Assembly: GCA_965262465.1 (NCBI GenBank)
Contig: OZ253535.1
Coordinates: 3,573,704-3,637,703, forward strand
Length of the DNA stretch: 64,000 nucleotides
Reading direction: 5' to 3'
From: an uncultured Pseudohongiella sp.
GTDB taxonomy: Bacteria; Pseudomonadota; Gammaproteobacteria; Pseudomonadales; Pseudohongiellaceae
Shown here: positions 1-9,379 of the stretch, piece by piece
Layout: each line of letters starts with the position of its first letter
How positions within the stretch are numbered: position 1 is the first letter of the stretch
The notes under the pieces: model-generated
What the model saw: the letters and a program-made list of their open reading frames with translations, nothing else
What the model was told of the DNA's origin: nothing
Databases searched by the model: none
Program-made: the position numbers and the translations under genes

Positions 1-29
1 GCGGCGCGATGGGATTATGATGGTCGGCT

Positions 30-386
30 ATGATAGAGCGCCTGCAACGAATTGCTACTATTTTAAGGCCACTTCGGCCCATCTTATTACTGCTAGCAGC
101 AGCTAGTGCTGGCTTGATGGGACTTAGCCTCATTGAAAATCCGTTGATAAGCTCAGACCAGTGGTTGATTCCTGCCATAGCCGCCATGCTGTGGTCGCTC
201 ACTCTGTTTAGCATGAGCTTCTTTTTTCTCGACGTTCCGGTGGTCGATTCTTCCATGGCCTGGCGAGTTCGGTTGTCTCGAAAAATGCGCCGTGCAGCAC
301 TCTGGGTGTTGGGATTGTTGTTTGTAGGGCTTAGCTTCGCGCTACTGTTGTTAACTTACCAACTGCTCAGGGTCTACTTCATGTAG
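30..386 (+). CDS. hypothetical small inner-membrane protein
   Basis: 118-aa ORF with ATG start. Hydrophobic segments ILLLLAAASAGLMGLSLI, LIPAIAAMLWSLTLFSMSFFFL and ALWVLGLLFVGLSFALLLL. No family recognised. Confidence 0.4.
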   Translation: MIERLQRIATILRPLRPILLLLAAASAGLMGLSLIENPLISSDQWLIPAIAAMLWSLTLFSMSFFFLDVPVVDSSMAWRVRLSRKMRRAALWVLGLLFVGLSFALLLLTYQLLRVYFM

Positions 387-484
387 CTTCATGATGCCTG
401 GCGGTGCATCGAGACTAGTGCCAAAGCAGGGCCATTAGGCTCTATTTATGGCATCATAGCGCGGCGTTTTTAGTTCCCGGCCCC

Positions 485-1018
485 ATGCATACCCTCATAA
501 GAATAATAGATTCAATCAATGATCGATTAGGGCGATGGTCATCTTGGCTAGCCTTGGCTATGGTCCTGGTGATGTTCGTCATCGTCGTTCTGCGTTACGC
601 CTTTCAGTTCGGCTCTATCGCCATGCAAGAATCCGTAATGTATTTGAATGCATTGGTTTTCACTCTCGGTGCTGCGTATACGCTTAAAGAACAGGGCCAT
701 GTGCGAGTCGATGTTTTTTACAACCGATTTAGTGAACGAACGCGGCAGCTAGTCGATATTTTTGGAACCTCGCTTTTCTTGTTCGTTACTTGCGGATTTG
801 TTCTGTGGGCGAGCTGGGACTACGTTGCTGTTTCTTGGAGAATCCGCGAAGGATCAGCTGAATCCAGCGGGCTACCCTTTGTCTATCTACTCAAATCTTG
901 CCTGTTGATTCTTCCTTTATTGTTAGGGGCGCAGGGATTGTCTGAGTTATTCCGCAGCATAAAAGTATTGCGCCAAGCTGAAGATCCCCAATCTGATCCT
1001 AACGGACCGCACACTTGA
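485..1018 (+). CDS. TRAP transporter small permease (DctQ-type)
   Basis: 177 aa with 4 hydrophobic segments. Motif LRYAFQFGSIAMQESVMYLNALVFTLGAAYTLKEQGHVRVDVFY is typical of TRAP small subunits. Stop overlaps the start of the large permease gene. Confidence 0.8.
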   Translation: MHTLIRIIDSINDRLGRWSSWLALAMVLVMFVIVVLRYAFQFGSIAMQESVMYLNALVFTLGAAYTLKEQGHVRVDVFYNRFSERTRQLVDIFGTSLFLFVTCGFVLWASWDYVAVSWRIREGSAESSGLPFVYLLKSCLLILPLLLGAQGLSELFRSIKVLRQAEDPQSDPNGPHT

Positions 1019-2394
1019 TCGAATTCTTACCCATTGTCTTGTTCATAGTTGTCTGCTTGTTTCTTATGGCGGGCTATCCTGTAGCACTGACTTTGGCTGG
1101 TGTTTCTTTACTCTTTGCTGGACTGGGCGAGCTCGCTGGCGTATTTGATCCAGCTTTTATTTCACTTATACCGAATCGCATCTATGGCATCTTGGTGAAT
1201 CAAAACCTGTTTGCCGTTCCATTGTTTGTATTTATGGGATCGATGCTGGAAAAATCGCGCATCGCCGAAGACCTGCTAAAAAACATGGAGATTGTTTTTG
1301 CGCGGTTGCCGGGCGGATTGGGCATATCAGTCATCTTGGTAGGTATGCTGCTGGCCGCCAGCACAGGCATCGTAGGCGCAACCGTGGTAACGATGGGAAT
1401 TCTGTCATTGCCATCAATGTTAAACGCAGGCTATAGACCATCACTCGCATGCGGGACTTTATGCGCGACCGGAACCCTGGGCCAAATTATTCCTCCTTCT
1501 ATATGTTTGGTGTTGTTGGGAGAAGTGATCTCCAATGCCTATCAACAGTCTCAACTCAATGCCGGAGTGTTTGCTCCAGACTTTGTTTCCATTGGAGATT
1601 TATTTGCGGGCGCAATTATTCCTGGACTTATTTTAGTTGGCGCTTACGCAGCTTATGTATTGATTGTTGCCATCATGGATCCGGATGCCGCGCCTTCTGC
1701 ACAATCCCATAAGAAAGTCAGTAGCAAAGAATTAGTCGCAGCATTGGCAAAGGGATTGTTTCCGCCAGTATTGCTAATGGTAGCAGTGCTGGGATCTATT
1801 CTAATTGGCGTGGCAACTCCAACTGAAGCCGCTTCCGTTGGTGCTATTGGCGCTATGTTGTTGGCACTAAGCCGTCGTCAATTGAGCCGCGACGTATTAC
1901 ATGAAGTATCCATTGAGACCCTGCGCATCACATCAATGGTGTATCTGATCTTAGTGGGCGCCACCATATTCTCTTCTATCTTTAGAGGGTTCGGCGGTGA
2001 AGAACTAATTGAAAGTTTATTCGGTGGAATGCCTGGAGGTGTTGTCACCGCAACACTGGTTGTAATGCTGGTGATATTTCTGTTGGGCTTCATTCTTGAT
2101 TTTATCGAGATCACTTTTATGGTCGTGCCATTGGTCGGCCCAGTGCTATTGAGTATGGGATTAGATCCCATTTGGCTCGGGGTGATGATAGCAATTAATT
2201 TGCAAACGTCTTTTCTTACGCCCCCCTTTGGATTTTCACTTTTCTATTTGCGCAGCGTTGCTCCGGATTCCGTCGCTACGACTGAAATATATAGAGGCGT
2301 CATTCCGTTCGTCCTGATGCAACTTTTGTTATTGGTACTGTTAGCGTTTCAACCGGGACTTGCAACGTGGTTGCCCCAGTTGCTACAGCAGTAA
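1015..2394 (+). CDS. TRAP transporter large permease (DctM-type)
   Basis: 459 aa polytopic membrane protein with a DctM-like N-terminus (GYPVALTLAGVSLLF) and ...PPFGFSLFYLR... near the C-terminus. TTG start overlaps the dctQ-type stop (TTGA), suggesting translational coupling. Confidence 0.9.
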   Translation: MIEFLPIVLFIVVCLFLMAGYPVALTLAGVSLLFAGLGELAGVFDPAFISLIPNRIYGILVNQNLFAVPLFVFMGSMLEKSRIAEDLLKNMEIVFARLPGGLGISVILVGMLLAASTGIVGATVVTMGILSLPSMLNAGYRPSLACGTLCATGTLGQIIPPSICLVLLGEVISNAYQQSQLNAGVFAPDFVSIGDLFAGAIIPGLILVGAYAAYVLIVAIMDPDAAPSAQSHKKVSSKELVAALAKGLFPPVLLMVAVLGSILIGVATPTEAASVGAIGAMLLALSRRQLSRDVLHEVSIETLRITSMVYLILVGATIFSSIFRGFGGEELIESLFGGMPGGVVTATLVVMLVIFLLGFILDFIEITFMVVPLVGPVLLSMGLDPIWLGVMIAINLQTSFLTPPFGFSLFYLRSVAPDSVATTEIYRGVIPFVLMQLLLLVLLAFQPGLATWLPQLLQQ

Positions 2395-2407
2395 CAAGGA
2401 ATTAGTT

Positions 2408-2803
2408 ATGAGTTCTGACTCACTTCCCAAAGCCTCAATAGAAGGCGAACTGGCTCTGCAAACTTTGGCCATGCCGAAAGACACCAACGCGAATGGTGAT
2501 ATTTTTGGCGGTTGGTTAGTGTCTCAAATGGATTTGGCTGCGGGCATTATTAGCAAACAGGTAACAAAAGGACGCTCAGCAACTGTTGCTATTCAAAACG
2601 TACACTTTTTAAAACCAGTAAGCATGGGATCAACGGTAAGTTGTTACTGTAGAGTAACTAAGACGGGTCGTACTTCGGTGTCGATCGCAGTAGACGTATG
2701 GACCTCACCCCAACTGACTCATGATAACTGGCTAAAAGTTGCAGAAGGCCAGTTTGTATTCGTAGCAATTGATGATGACGGTAGGCCGAGACCGTTGCCT
2801 TAA
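2408..2803 (+). CDS. yciA: acyl-CoA thioesterase, hotdog fold (YciA-like)
   Basis: LALQTLAMPKDTNANGDIFGGWLVSQMDLAAG aligns almost residue for residue with E. coli YciA (LRTLAMPADTNANGDIFGGWLMSQMDIGGA). ATG at 2408 was chosen inside the longer track ORF. Confidence 0.85.
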   Translation: MSSDSLPKASIEGELALQTLAMPKDTNANGDIFGGWLVSQMDLAAGIISKQVTKGRSATVAIQNVHFLKPVSMGSTVSCYCRVTKTGRTSVSIAVDVWTSPQLTHDNWLKVAEGQFVFVAIDDDGRPRPLP

Positions 2804-2830
2804 TGCAAATCCCTCCAAGGGTTACTGGTA

Positions 2831-3415
2831 TTAAGCACTGTTCAATGACCTTACCAACACCTTCGCTGAGTCTATTGAGTCCTGTAAAAATTTAGGACTC
2901 GGGTTGAGCGGAGCAAAGCTAGCAACGCTCAAGTAAAGATTTACCAGCCCAGCAGCAATCACCGAGCAAGACTGTGAAGATGCCTCAGGGCAATTCTTTT
3001 GCAATGCATTGCAAATAATTTTGGATAGATCGTTAGTCCATTCGTGGAGCCTGACCGCTAACTTTGGATTCTCGATCGCCGCAATGTTAAGTGCTTGTGC
3101 AATCACTGCAGCGGTATTGTCTTCGTATTGCATACTGAAAAGCATCTCAACAAGTTGTTCATTGGATTGAAGCGAAACCAATGATTGCTCAATTGCAATG
3201 TTGTCTGTTTTGGATTGTTCAAAGTAGCGCGCGGTAAAGGCTTCGATTATGTCCTCTCGATTTCCAAGGTTGTGGCGAATGAGAGGGCGGGCCAGACCTG
3301 ACTCCTGGGCGATGGCATCAAGAGTCGTACCCGCAACTCCATATCTGGCAACACAGCGAGCGACTGCGTCGAGAATTTCAGACGTACGCTCGAGCTTCTT
3401 ACTGGGTCTGGGCAT
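2831..3415 (-). CDS. TetR/AcrR family transcriptional regulator
   Basis: N-terminal HTH ILDAVARCVARYGVAGTTLDAIAQESGLARPLIRHNLGNREDII is a typical TetR_N. Divergent from the hydroxylase gene. Confidence 0.85.
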   Translation of the reverse strand: MPRPSKKLERTSEILDAVARCVARYGVAGTTLDAIAQESGLARPLIRHNLGNREDIIEAFTARYFEQSKTDNIAIEQSLVSLQSNEQLVEMLFSMQYEDNTAAVIAQALNIAAIENPKLAVRLHEWTNDLSKIICNALQKNCPEASSQSCSVIAAGLVNLYLSVASFAPLNPSPKFLQDSIDSAKVLVRSLNSA

Positions 3416-3427
3416 GGGAAATTCTAT

Positions 3428-3449
3428 AAATTGTCATATTTGACAATTT
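3428..3449. promoter_or_regulatory. candidate TetR operator: perfect 9-bp inverted repeat AAATTGTCA-tatt-TGACAATTT
   Basis: Read directly from the sequence. It lies in the 77-bp divergent intergenic region between the TetR gene (start 3415) and the hydroxylase (start 3493). The chance expectation for 9-bp arms at a fixed spacing is well below 1 per 64 kb. Confidence 0.6.
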
Positions 3450-3492
3450 ACCTAAATCCTAATACAGTGGCAAGCATCAAGCAGGAATAAGG

Positions 3493-4465
3493 GTGGAAAA
3501 AGGCTTGGAAACCACGGATTTAACCGACATTGAGCTTCAGATAACTGCAGCTTATGACGCCTATAGTTATTACTTCTTTCTATTTATTCTACTTATCGCC
3601 GTCTGGGAAATAGGCTCACGCATCAAGTCTAAATCCCTTTCGTGGCGATATGTGATGGATTCCATTTCAAGCGTCGCTACTCTGCCGGCCATAGCTGGGA
3701 TGTCCTACGCCATGACACTAATTGGCGTGGGTTCTGCTTTCTCGCTGGCTTACGTCATTCATGAAAACTACGCTATCTATCAATTGGAAGTGGAGTTGGT
3801 GGACCGCGGCCCTCGTTCTACTTATTGCAGACCTCTGGTACTACTGGGAACACCGGGCGTTTCATCGTATTAATTGTATGTGGGCGACACATACCGTTCA
3901 CCATAGTTCAGACTATATAAACATCCCGATGGCCTATCGATTTGGCCCGCTGGATTCATTTTTTTCTTCCGCCATTCATTTACCGCTCGCCTTGTTCTTT
4001 GAGCCCACCCTATTAGGGATGGCAATTATTGCTGACCAAATCTATCAGGCATGGATACACACAGACCGGATACAAAAAATGCCAAGATGGTTTGAAGCAG
4101 TAATGAACACACCTTCACACCATCGAGTTCATCATGGTCGCAACCCACAATACATAGACAAAAACTATGCAGGCATACTCATTATTTGGGACAAGATGTT
4201 TGGTACGTTCGAGCCGGAGGATGAGCCCGTTCAATATGGTATTACTAAACCGTTAAAGTATCAGGATCCGATCACTGTACTCTTTCATGGTTTCTGGCGC
4301 TTTCTAATCAAGCTAACCACAGCACGCTCTGCCAAAGAACTATTATTCTGTTTCATCATGCCGCCGGGTTGGCAAACCCAGATGGAAATTACAAAGCATG
4401 CAGAATTGGAAGGGCTGCCTTTCGCATCCCAACGAGAATTAGGTCAAGCTACTGAGGTGGTTTAG
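3493..4465 (+). pseudogene. fatty acid hydroxylase / sterol desaturase family protein, interrupted by a +1 frameshift near 3787-3797
   Basis: Frame 1 (GTG 3493) encodes the N-terminal TM part ending ...AYVIHENYAIYQLEV. Frame 2 continues ...SWWTAALVLLIADLWYYWEHRAFHRINCMWATHTVHHSS...HHRVHHG (the three His boxes). Joined, they match the usual full-length architecture. Frame 1 stops at 3873. Confidence 0.6.
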
Positions 4466-5595
4466 TTCGCAGGAAGGTTGCGCGCCTCTATATACGCTTC
4501 TTCTGCAATTCTGTTGTAATCCATGACACCATTCTTAAAGCTACTCCACGAGTCATAGATTCTTTGAGTTTCCGGATCAGTGGCTGCAAGCTCTTGCACT
4601 ACTTCGTCCGATAGACGACGTAATTCGGCTAACACATCATCTGGTAGTCTTCGTAGCTCAACACCATGCTCTTCCACGAGAGATTTAAGCGCTTCATTGT
4701 TCTTCGCCATCAACTCATCAAGCAAAGTTTGATTCATTACTTCAGCGCCGGTGATTAATATCATCTGCAAATCTTCCGGTAGTGCTTCAAAGCGTTCTTT
4801 GTTAAAGATTGTCTCCAGGGTAGAGCCGGGCTCATGCCAACCAGGGTAGTAATAGTAATCAGCGACGGTGTGATATCCCGCAGCCAGATCGTTATATGGA
4901 CTTACAAACTCAGTTGCATCCAATGCACCAGTTTGTAATGCAGTGAACACTTCGCTGACTTGCATAGTTACAGGTACACCGCCTGCTCTTCTGAAAACTT
5001 CGCCGCCTAGACTAGGAATACGCATTTTTAGACCTTGCAAATCTTCCAGCGAGTTTATCTCTTTATTGAACCAGCCGAACATCTGTGTACCCGAGTTACC
5101 GCCACGGACTGGGATTAAATTGAATGGCTCATAAATTTCGCGCCATAACTCATTGCCCCCGCCAAAGCTTAACCAGGCATCTTGCTCATAGCTAGTCATG
5201 CCAAAAGGGATGGATGAGAAGAAAGGGGTGCCAGGTATCTTTCCTTGCCAATAATAGGCACCAGTATGACCAATTTCGGCTACACCTTGCGATACCGCAT
5301 CAAACACTTCGAGACCACCAACCAGCTCGTTGGCACCGTAAACTCGAATTTGCATACGGCCATTGCTCATGGTTTCAACGATTTCGGCGAAGTATTCAGG
5401 TGACGTGCCGAGCGCAGGTAAATTTTTTGGCCATGAAGTGATCATCTTCCACTCGTAGACCTCTTGCTCAACTGCTTGGTTATTGGCTGCAGTTTGATTA
5501 GCTGTTTGTTCGCCCCCGCAAGCCGCTAATAAGGCTGCAGCTCCGACGATAGACAGCATTTTTCCAATTGAGTGAAAGAGTTTCTTTGATCGCAT
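4462..5595 (-). CDS. TRAP transporter substrate-binding protein (DctP family), lipoprotein-type signal
   Basis: 377 aa with signal and lipobox LLAACGG. DctP-like body (...GHTGAYYWQGKIPGTPFFSSIPFGMT...). Its stop overlaps the hydroxylase stop region (convergent). Confidence 0.85.
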   Translation of the reverse strand: MRSKKLFHSIGKMLSIVGAAALLAACGGEQTANQTAANNQAVEQEVYEWKMITSWPKNLPALGTSPEYFAEIVETMSNGRMQIRVYGANELVGGLEVFDAVSQGVAEIGHTGAYYWQGKIPGTPFFSSIPFGMTSYEQDAWLSFGGGNELWREIYEPFNLIPVRGGNSGTQMFGWFNKEINSLEDLQGLKMRIPSLGGEVFRRAGGVPVTMQVSEVFTALQTGALDATEFVSPYNDLAAGYHTVADYYYYPGWHEPGSTLETIFNKERFEALPEDLQMILITGAEVMNQTLLDELMAKNNEALKSLVEEHGVELRRLPDDVLAELRRLSDEVVQELAATDPETQRIYDSWSSFKNGVMDYNRIAEEAYIEARNLPAN

Positions 5596-5623
5596 AGTTT
5601 TGTTCTTCTGTAGTCAATTATGG

Positions 5624-7831
5624 TCAGCTGAGTACTTCAAGCTTGGCATAAGATAATACTAGCCATTTGCTGCCCACGGCATCGAAGTTTACCTGTACCC
5701 GGGCATTATTGCCTTGTCCTTCGTAGTTCAAAACAACACCTTCGCCGAATTTACCGTGGGCCACGCGCTGACCTAGCGAGATCTCAGTTTGTGGTACTTC
5801 GGCATTCTTGGTAAAGGATTTGCCAAAGTTTTTTCCATTCTGCCCCATGGCAGGCATGGTGCGATTTATGGTTGTTTTAAGACGGACTTCTTCAATGAGC
5901 TCTGAAGGAACTTCTTTGATAAAGCGTGACGGACGACAGAGGTTCACATCGCCGTGCATGCGTCTTGATTCAGCATGACTCAAGTAGAGCCTATTCTTCG
6001 CTCGAGTAATCCCAACATAACAAAGCCGGCGTTCTTCCTCGAGCCCCGCCAGGTTGTCCATAGACATCTTGTGTGGAAACAAACCTTCTTCCATGCCTGC
6101 CAGAAATACCAATTGAAACTCTAAGCCCTTGGCCGAGTGCAAAGTCATCAGCTGCACGGCATCTTCAGTTTCGTCGGCTTGAGTATCTCCGGCATCAAGA
6201 GAAGCCTGATCGAGAAACGCTGCGAGCAATGCATTGGACTTAAGATCAATTTCTTCTTCCATGTCGGGATCATCGAAACTGCTGGCAGCACTAATTAGCT
6301 CATCCAGGTTTTCAATTCTTGCACGTGCTTTTTCACCACCTTCTTTCTCGTGATGTGGAATCAATCCAGAGTGCTGGATGATGTGTTCGGCTTTCTCATG
6401 CAACTCAAGATCGCGACAGGCTTTATCAAGACCATCTATTAACTCCAGGAAAGCGAGCACTGCATTCGAAGCACGAGAACTAAGCAAGGTTTGATTGACA
6501 CATTCAACACAGGCTTGCCAGAGGGAGCAATTGTGACCGCGTGCAACTTGTCGAATCGTGTCGATGGTTCGACCACCAATCCCTCTTACCGGCACATTGA
6601 TGATTCTTTCCACTGACGTGTCATCGTGTCGGTTGATCAGTAGGCGCAAATAGGCAAGAGCATTTTTAATTTCAAGTCGCTCGTAGAAACGATGGCCGCC
6701 ATAGATTCGATAAGGCATACCAACACGTAGCAACGCATCTTCCAGTTCACGGGATTGTGCATTGGAGCGGTAGAGAATTGCGGCGTCCGAACGTCGATTT
6801 CCCTGATTACTCCAATCTTGTAATCGATCTACGATAAATCGTGCTTCGTCTTGTTCGTTGAATGCTTCATACAGACTTATAGGCTCACCTTCGCTACCTT
6901 CAGTCCATAAATTCTTTCCTAATCTTCCTTGGTTGTTAGCGATCAGTTTATTTGCCGCGTTCAAGATTGTAGAAGTAGAACGATAGTTTTGTTCCAACCG
7001 AATTATGTCGGTGTCTTCAAAGTCCGTATTGAACGATTGAATGTTTTCAATCTTTGCACCGCGCCAACCATAAATCGATTGGTCATCATCACCGACAACC
7101 ATCAATTGATTGTCACGACCAGCTAGCACACGCAACCAGGCATACTGAATAGTGTTGGTATCCTGAAACTCATCAACCAGGATGTATTGAAATCGTTTTT
7201 GATAGTGTTGCAATACGTGGGGGTTGTTTAACCACAGTTCATGAGCACGTAACAGGATTTCCCCGAAATCAATCATGCCCCCGCGATCACATGCTTCTTC
7301 GTAAGCCTTATACACCTCCAACATTGTTTTGGTGTAGTCATCGTTGAAATGTTCAATATTGCCAGCGCGCAATCCTTCATCTTTTTGCGCATTGATGTAC
7401 CACTGGCACTGCTTAGCCGGCCAACGCTCTTCATCTATGCGTAAGGATTTACATAGTCTCTTGATTAGCCGCAACTGATCGTCGGCATCGAGAATATGAA
7501 AATCCTCTGGCAAGCCTGCTTCCTGCCAGTGACTGCGAAGTAGCCGATGGGCAAGACCGTGAAACGTTCCAACCCACATGCCATTGAAAGATTGGCCTAC
7601 AAGCTGATCGATACGGCCGCGCATTTCTCGCGCGGCTTTATTGGTGAAAGTCACTGCCAAGATGGCAAAGGGAGAGACATTTTCGGCTTCAAGCAACCAG
7701 GCGACTCGATGCACCAAGACACGAGTTTTGCCACTGCCAGCACCTGCCAAGACCAGCAAGTTTTGAGCTGGGCTGGCGACTGCGTTGCGTTGTTGATCGT
7801 TTAGAGAATCGAGTATGTGGGATACATCCAT
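5624..7831 (-). CDS. uvrD: DNA helicase II UvrD
   Basis: Near-colinear with E. coli UvrD from MDVSHILDSLNDQQRNAV...LVLAGAGSGKTRVLVHRVAWL through ...GQRVAHGKFGEGVVLN. Confidence 0.97.
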   Translation of the reverse strand: MDVSHILDSLNDQQRNAVASPAQNLLVLAGAGSGKTRVLVHRVAWLLEAENVSPFAILAVTFTNKAAREMRGRIDQLVGQSFNGMWVGTFHGLAHRLLRSHWQEAGLPEDFHILDADDQLRLIKRLCKSLRIDEERWPAKQCQWYINAQKDEGLRAGNIEHFNDDYTKTMLEVYKAYEEACDRGGMIDFGEILLRAHELWLNNPHVLQHYQKRFQYILVDEFQDTNTIQYAWLRVLAGRDNQLMVVGDDDQSIYGWRGAKIENIQSFNTDFEDTDIIRLEQNYRSTSTILNAANKLIANNQGRLGKNLWTEGSEGEPISLYEAFNEQDEARFIVDRLQDWSNQGNRRSDAAILYRSNAQSRELEDALLRVGMPYRIYGGHRFYERLEIKNALAYLRLLINRHDDTSVERIINVPVRGIGGRTIDTIRQVARGHNCSLWQACVECVNQTLLSSRASNAVLAFLELIDGLDKACRDLELHEKAEHIIQHSGLIPHHEKEGGEKARARIENLDELISAASSFDDPDMEEEIDLKSNALLAAFLDQASLDAGDTQADETEDAVQLMTLHSAKGLEFQLVFLAGMEEGLFPHKMSMDNLAGLEEERRLCYVGITRAKNRLYLSHAESRRMHGDVNLCRPSRFIKEVPSELIEEVRLKTTINRTMPAMGQNGKNFGKSFTKNAEVPQTEISLGQRVAHGKFGEGVVLNYEGQGNNARVQVNFDAVGSKWLVLSYAKLEVLS

Positions 7832-7848
7832 GGGGTGCGTATTTTAGC

Positions 7849-7864
7849 CTGTTTACGATTGCAG
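7849..7864. promoter_or_regulatory. possible LexA (SOS) box CTGTTTACGATTGCAG upstream of uvrD
   Basis: CTG-N10-CAG core 18 nt upstream of the uvrD ATG. The 13th base deviates from the CTGT-N8-ACAG consensus. This core motif is expected by chance about 16 times per strand in 64 kb, so only its position supports the call. Confidence 0.3.
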
Positions 7865-7976
7865 GGTCCTTAGAATTTTCATCGACGATGAGTTTTAGTT
7901 AAGCGCGGGGTATTTTGCTAGAATACGCGCCCCGTGCCTTAACAGGCCAACCTAATCAGCATCCCGGGAGAACGAA

Positions 7977-9167
7977 ATGTCGGTGAGATCAGACGACGTG
8001 GCTTTCAATTGGCAAGACCCCTTCCTGTTGGAAGAGCAACTCAGCGAAGAAGAGCGCATGGTGCGCGATACCGCGAAACAGTATGCGCAAAATAAACTCT
8101 TGCCTCGGGTGCGCGAAGCCTATCGAAATGAAGAAACCGATCCCGCTATCTTTCGTGAGATGGGTGAGCTAGGTCTGCTCGGCCCAATGATCGAGGGCTA
8201 TGACTGTGCCGGCATGAATTATGTTTGTTATGGCTTGATCGCGCGCGAAATCGAAGCCGTTGATTCGGGCTACCGCTCCATGATGTCAGTGCAATCCAGC
8301 CTGGTTATGCACCCTATTAATACCTTCGGAAGCGAAGAGCAGAAACAAAAATACCTGCCTAAGCTGGCCAGTGGTGAATACATTGGATGCTTCGGTCTAA
8401 CTGAGCCAGACCATGGCTCCGACCCTGGATCCATGAATACCCGTGCTAAATCAGTAAGTGGAGGCTACAGCCTTTCCGGGGCAAAAAACTGGATCAGCAA
8501 TTCCCCAATAGCTGATGTGTTCGTTGTTTGGGCTAAAGATGATGATGGCGTCATCAGAGGATTTATCCTGGACAAGGGCATGGAAGGGCTCAGTGCACCA
8601 AAGATTGAAGGCAAGCTGGCATTACGTGCATCCGTCACCGGTGAAATCGTAATGGATGAAGTGTTTGTCCCAGAGGAAAACAAACTTCCAGGTGCAGCTG
8701 GGCTCAATGGACCATTCAGTTGCTTAAACTCGGCCAGACTGGGAATCGCCTGGGGTGCCTTGGGCGCTGCCGAAACTTGTTGGCATGCTGCCTTGCAATA
8801 CACTCTGGATCGTAAGCAATTCAGGAGACCGCTTGCTGCCAATCAAATTATCCAGAAGAAACTTGCGCAGATGCAGACAGACATAGCGATTGGATTGCAG
8901 GGTTGTCTGCAAGGATCTCGTCTGCGGGATCAAGGCAAACTGGCACCACCATTAATCTCATTGTTAAAGCGCAACTCTTGCCTCAAGGCTCTCGATGCAG
9001 CTCGCGAAGCGCGGGATATGTTGGGAGGTAACGGGATTTCTGATGAGTATCCAGTGATGCGTCATGCGCAGAACCTGGAGGTGGTGAATACTTACGAAGG
9101 CACTCAAGACATCCACGCCCTGATATTGGGTAGGGCTCAGACCGGTATCCAAGCTTTTACTGGGTAA
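7977..9167 (+). CDS. gcdH: glutaryl-CoA dehydrogenase (acyl-CoA dehydrogenase family)
   Basis: 396 aa. Motifs [40 protein letters not shown] and [22 protein letters not shown] are typical of GcdH. Confidence 0.9.
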   Translation: MSVRSDDVAFNWQDPFLLEEQLSEEERMVRDTAKQYAQNKLLPRVREAYRNEETDPAIFREMGELGLLGPMIEGYDCAGMNYVCYGLIAREIEAVDSGYRSMMSVQSSLVMHPINTFGSEEQKQKYLPKLASGEYIGCFGLTEPDHGSDPGSMNTRAKSVSGGYSLSGAKNWISNSPIADVFVVWAKDDDGVIRGFILDKGMEGLSAPKIEGKLALRASVTGEIVMDEVFVPEENKLPGAAGLNGPFSCLNSARLGIAWGALGAAETCWHAALQYTLDRKQFRRPLAANQIIQKKLAQMQTDIAIGLQGCLQGSRLRDQGKLAPPLISLLKRNSCLKALDAAREARDMLGGNGISDEYPVMRHAQNLEVVNTYEGTQDIHALILGRAQTGIQAFTG

Positions 9168-9379
9168 CGGTCGTTTCTAGCGGCGCTATCTTTCGTTGGT
9201 TGTACTATCCTAGGTCGTCATTTACTGACGAGTAAACTCCTCCCTTGGATAGAACAACCGCCTCGGCTAGCATCCACTAGATACAACCTCAATATTGGAA
9301 ATTGATTCCAGCTGATTCATCTCAATAGCGAAAGCCCTGCGCCTAGTCCTATTCTCTAAAGATCCAGACAACCGGAAAT

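Noticed and set aside
3722-4465. Treating 3493-3873 and 3722-4465 as two genuine overlapping genes.
   Set aside because: The 126-aa product would be only the N-terminal TM helices of the hydroxylase family. The 247-aa product would need a TTG start and lack those helices. Joined by a 1-nt shift they reproduce the normal architecture, so a frameshift is the simpler reading.
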